Shown: piece after piece, positions 48,191-50,030 of the stretch
Layout of the letters: every line of letters starts with the position of its first letter
Position numbering within the stretch: the first letter of the stretch is position 1
DNA from: Macrostomum lignano
Lineage: Eukaryota
Length of the DNA: 50,030 nucleotides
Assembly: GCA_002269645.1 (NCBI GenBank)
Contig: NIVC01004333.1
Location: 1-50,030, forward strand
Direction of reading: 5' to 3'
The notes under the pieces: generated by a model
Seen by the model: the letters and a program-made list of their open reading frames with translations, nothing else
Told to the model about the DNA's origin: nothing
Database searches by the model: none
Made by a program: the position numbers and the translations under genes

Positions 48191-49137
48191 TGGGAGCAAA
48201 TGTTTTTTTAGTTTCTAAGGCAGAAATTTTTCAGAAGTGTGCAGATCAACAGTGGATCAAATGGAAGCTTAGTCAGAACGAAAGGTGTTGCTCGGATTAA
48301 GCGCCTGACGGAAACAAGCCTATGGGAGTCCGTACTTATAGTCTGAGGAGCTTCACCGGAAGTAGTTTTAGGTAATAACTCCTGTGAAACATTCTTACTG
48401 CGTTTGAAAAAATGGACACGGAAAATGGCGAAAAACTGTCACAGGAATTATTTCACGTTATATATAGGTAAAAAAACTCACTTTTAAAGCCGAGAACAAT
48501 CAATGAGAGGGACAAAGCGGACACATAGTTTAAGGCTTCGAACCTTTGCATGCTCAAAAAGAAGCTGCTCAACAAGCGAAAGCAAACAAACAAACTCTCC
48601 TTGATCAGTACTCATTGATCATCCAATCGAACTAGGGGCCCTGGACGAGATATTTAAAAGGGATGAGTCGCATTTCGAATTTCTATGGTATACATGTGAG
48701 TATATAAAATTATGTGTTTGGCAACATCATGTATTGTATTGAGTACTATTAGCTGTAAATATACCTGTTGGAAACTGTCCAAGTGACTAAAGTTATTAGA
48801 CTCATTTTAACTCCTCCTTCGTCGTTTGTTTGTTGTTTTCCAGTTACGTTTCGTCACTTATAACAGATTTTCGCACGAAATTTGAGTTCAACTACCGATT
48901 CACCTAGCAGGCTAATCTATTGGCTCACTACATAAGTAAATTTCTTCGTATCAAATATGGCCAATGAGAAAGTTCTCTTAAACCTCTATTGGTTGAAAGA
49001 AATTTTGCCATTGTGAAAAATTGACTCAATACTATTGGATCCAAAGAAGCAAACGTAGGACCAAAAAAACTGTGAGCTGCACATGTCAACTTCCCTAAGA
49101 TACCTTCTAATCACCAAATCACCCAGTGTTCAGAGAT

Positions 49138-50016
49138 ATGGTTCGCCCGAAACCGCCACTTATTTTCTTTGCCGCTCTTCTCACCATTAACGTTGCTGGC
49201 AGATCCGTTCAATTTTCTTACCTGGGCTGCTATGTGGACAGAATCAGTGCTAGAGATTTGAACGGTCTCAACGCCAGCTGCACGTTCGGCCAATTAGCGT
49301 GGCTGCCGGCGGCTTCGTGCAAACCGGTAGGGAGGCAACGCACGAGTTCTGCAGCGGCATCTGCTCGTAGGCAGCTTTGCGTACTTCGGCCTGCAGTACT
49401 ACAGACAGTGCTTTTGCGGCAACTCTTTCGGTTCCTATGGTAAAGCCAACGAGACCGACTGCCCTACTCGTGTCCAGGAAAATACGCTGCAGAATTGCGG
49501 TGGGTCGCGGCGAAACTCGGTTTTTGCTCTGACTTATCTCGGTAAGTTGCTCACTTTCTATGAAAACTCTTGAATATTGCTCAGCAACAGCTAGCTCAAA
49601 ATTTCAAATGTCAACGAACAACGAAGCATCAAATGTCAATATCACTTACGGAATAGATTTTATGAAGTCTAGCATCAAAAAACACCAATGACATCAATCA
49701 GATAGCGGGTTGGCAGTTGCTGGGCACAGAACTATCAAAATGCTAAACAAGTCTGACTTCAAATTAAACAGTGTCAGACAGGAACACCTACACGGTGGTG
49801 CGACAGTCCAGCCCTCCGGTGAAATCCGAATCGACTTCCGTCTGGCCCGCCGCTGCCCAGTCTGACGGCGACTGCCTGCTCCAGTGGCAGGCGCCAGAGC
49901 CGACTGCCAGGCCGCCGTTTTCTCCCAGCGGCTGCTCGCCTGCCACCTGCTGGCGTTCGTCTACGCCGCCAGCCAGCCTGACCGGAACCGACTGGACTCT
50001 CTACCAGCGTGGCTGA
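49138..50016 (+). pseudogene. WSC-PAN copy 7, frameshifted in this sequence; exons 49138..49541 and 49772..50016
   Basis: The signal peptide and both splice sites are intact, but several 1-nt indels fall in both exons. This may be a pseudogene or uncorrected read error. Confidence 0.7.
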
Positions 50017-50030
50017 GCGCGCGCGAGGCA

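Overview
This is animal genomic DNA with short GT-AG introns and many transposons. The style recalls a free-living flatworm such as Macrostomum, which is an unverified inference. No rRNA, bona fide tRNA or CRISPR is supportable. Three host-gene systems are present. (1) 2511-6745 (-): the ORF track shows two separate caspase-like ORFs, but canonical phase-1 splice sites join them, with three small exons, into one 5-exon gene of about 1016 aa. It carries four tandem caspase-fold units, only the last of which keeps the His/Cys dyad, and has DEVD and DVSD motifs in its linkers. (2) 21664-25033 (+): a 7-exon, about 643-aa ankyrin-repeat plus Ser/Thr kinase with an unusual HRDIN catalytic loop. (3) 19889-50016 (+): a tandem array of seven two-exon genes for small secreted signal peptide-WSC-PAN/Apple proteins. 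Five are intact, two are disrupted, and there is one orphan exon. The WSC exon is variable while the PAN exon is partly homogenised. Mobile DNA includes a nested island at 9178-19428: a DD41D mariner split by a full-length BEL/Pao LTR retrotransposon (identical 286-bp LTRs, 5-bp TSD), abutting a piggyBac. Elsewhere there is a decayed Tc1/IS630-like element with about 90-bp TIRs, three 3' fragments of one LINE family, a solo LTR, a tRNA-derived SINE, a MITE-like element and several micro- and minisatellites. All gene models, alignments and counts were made by eye.
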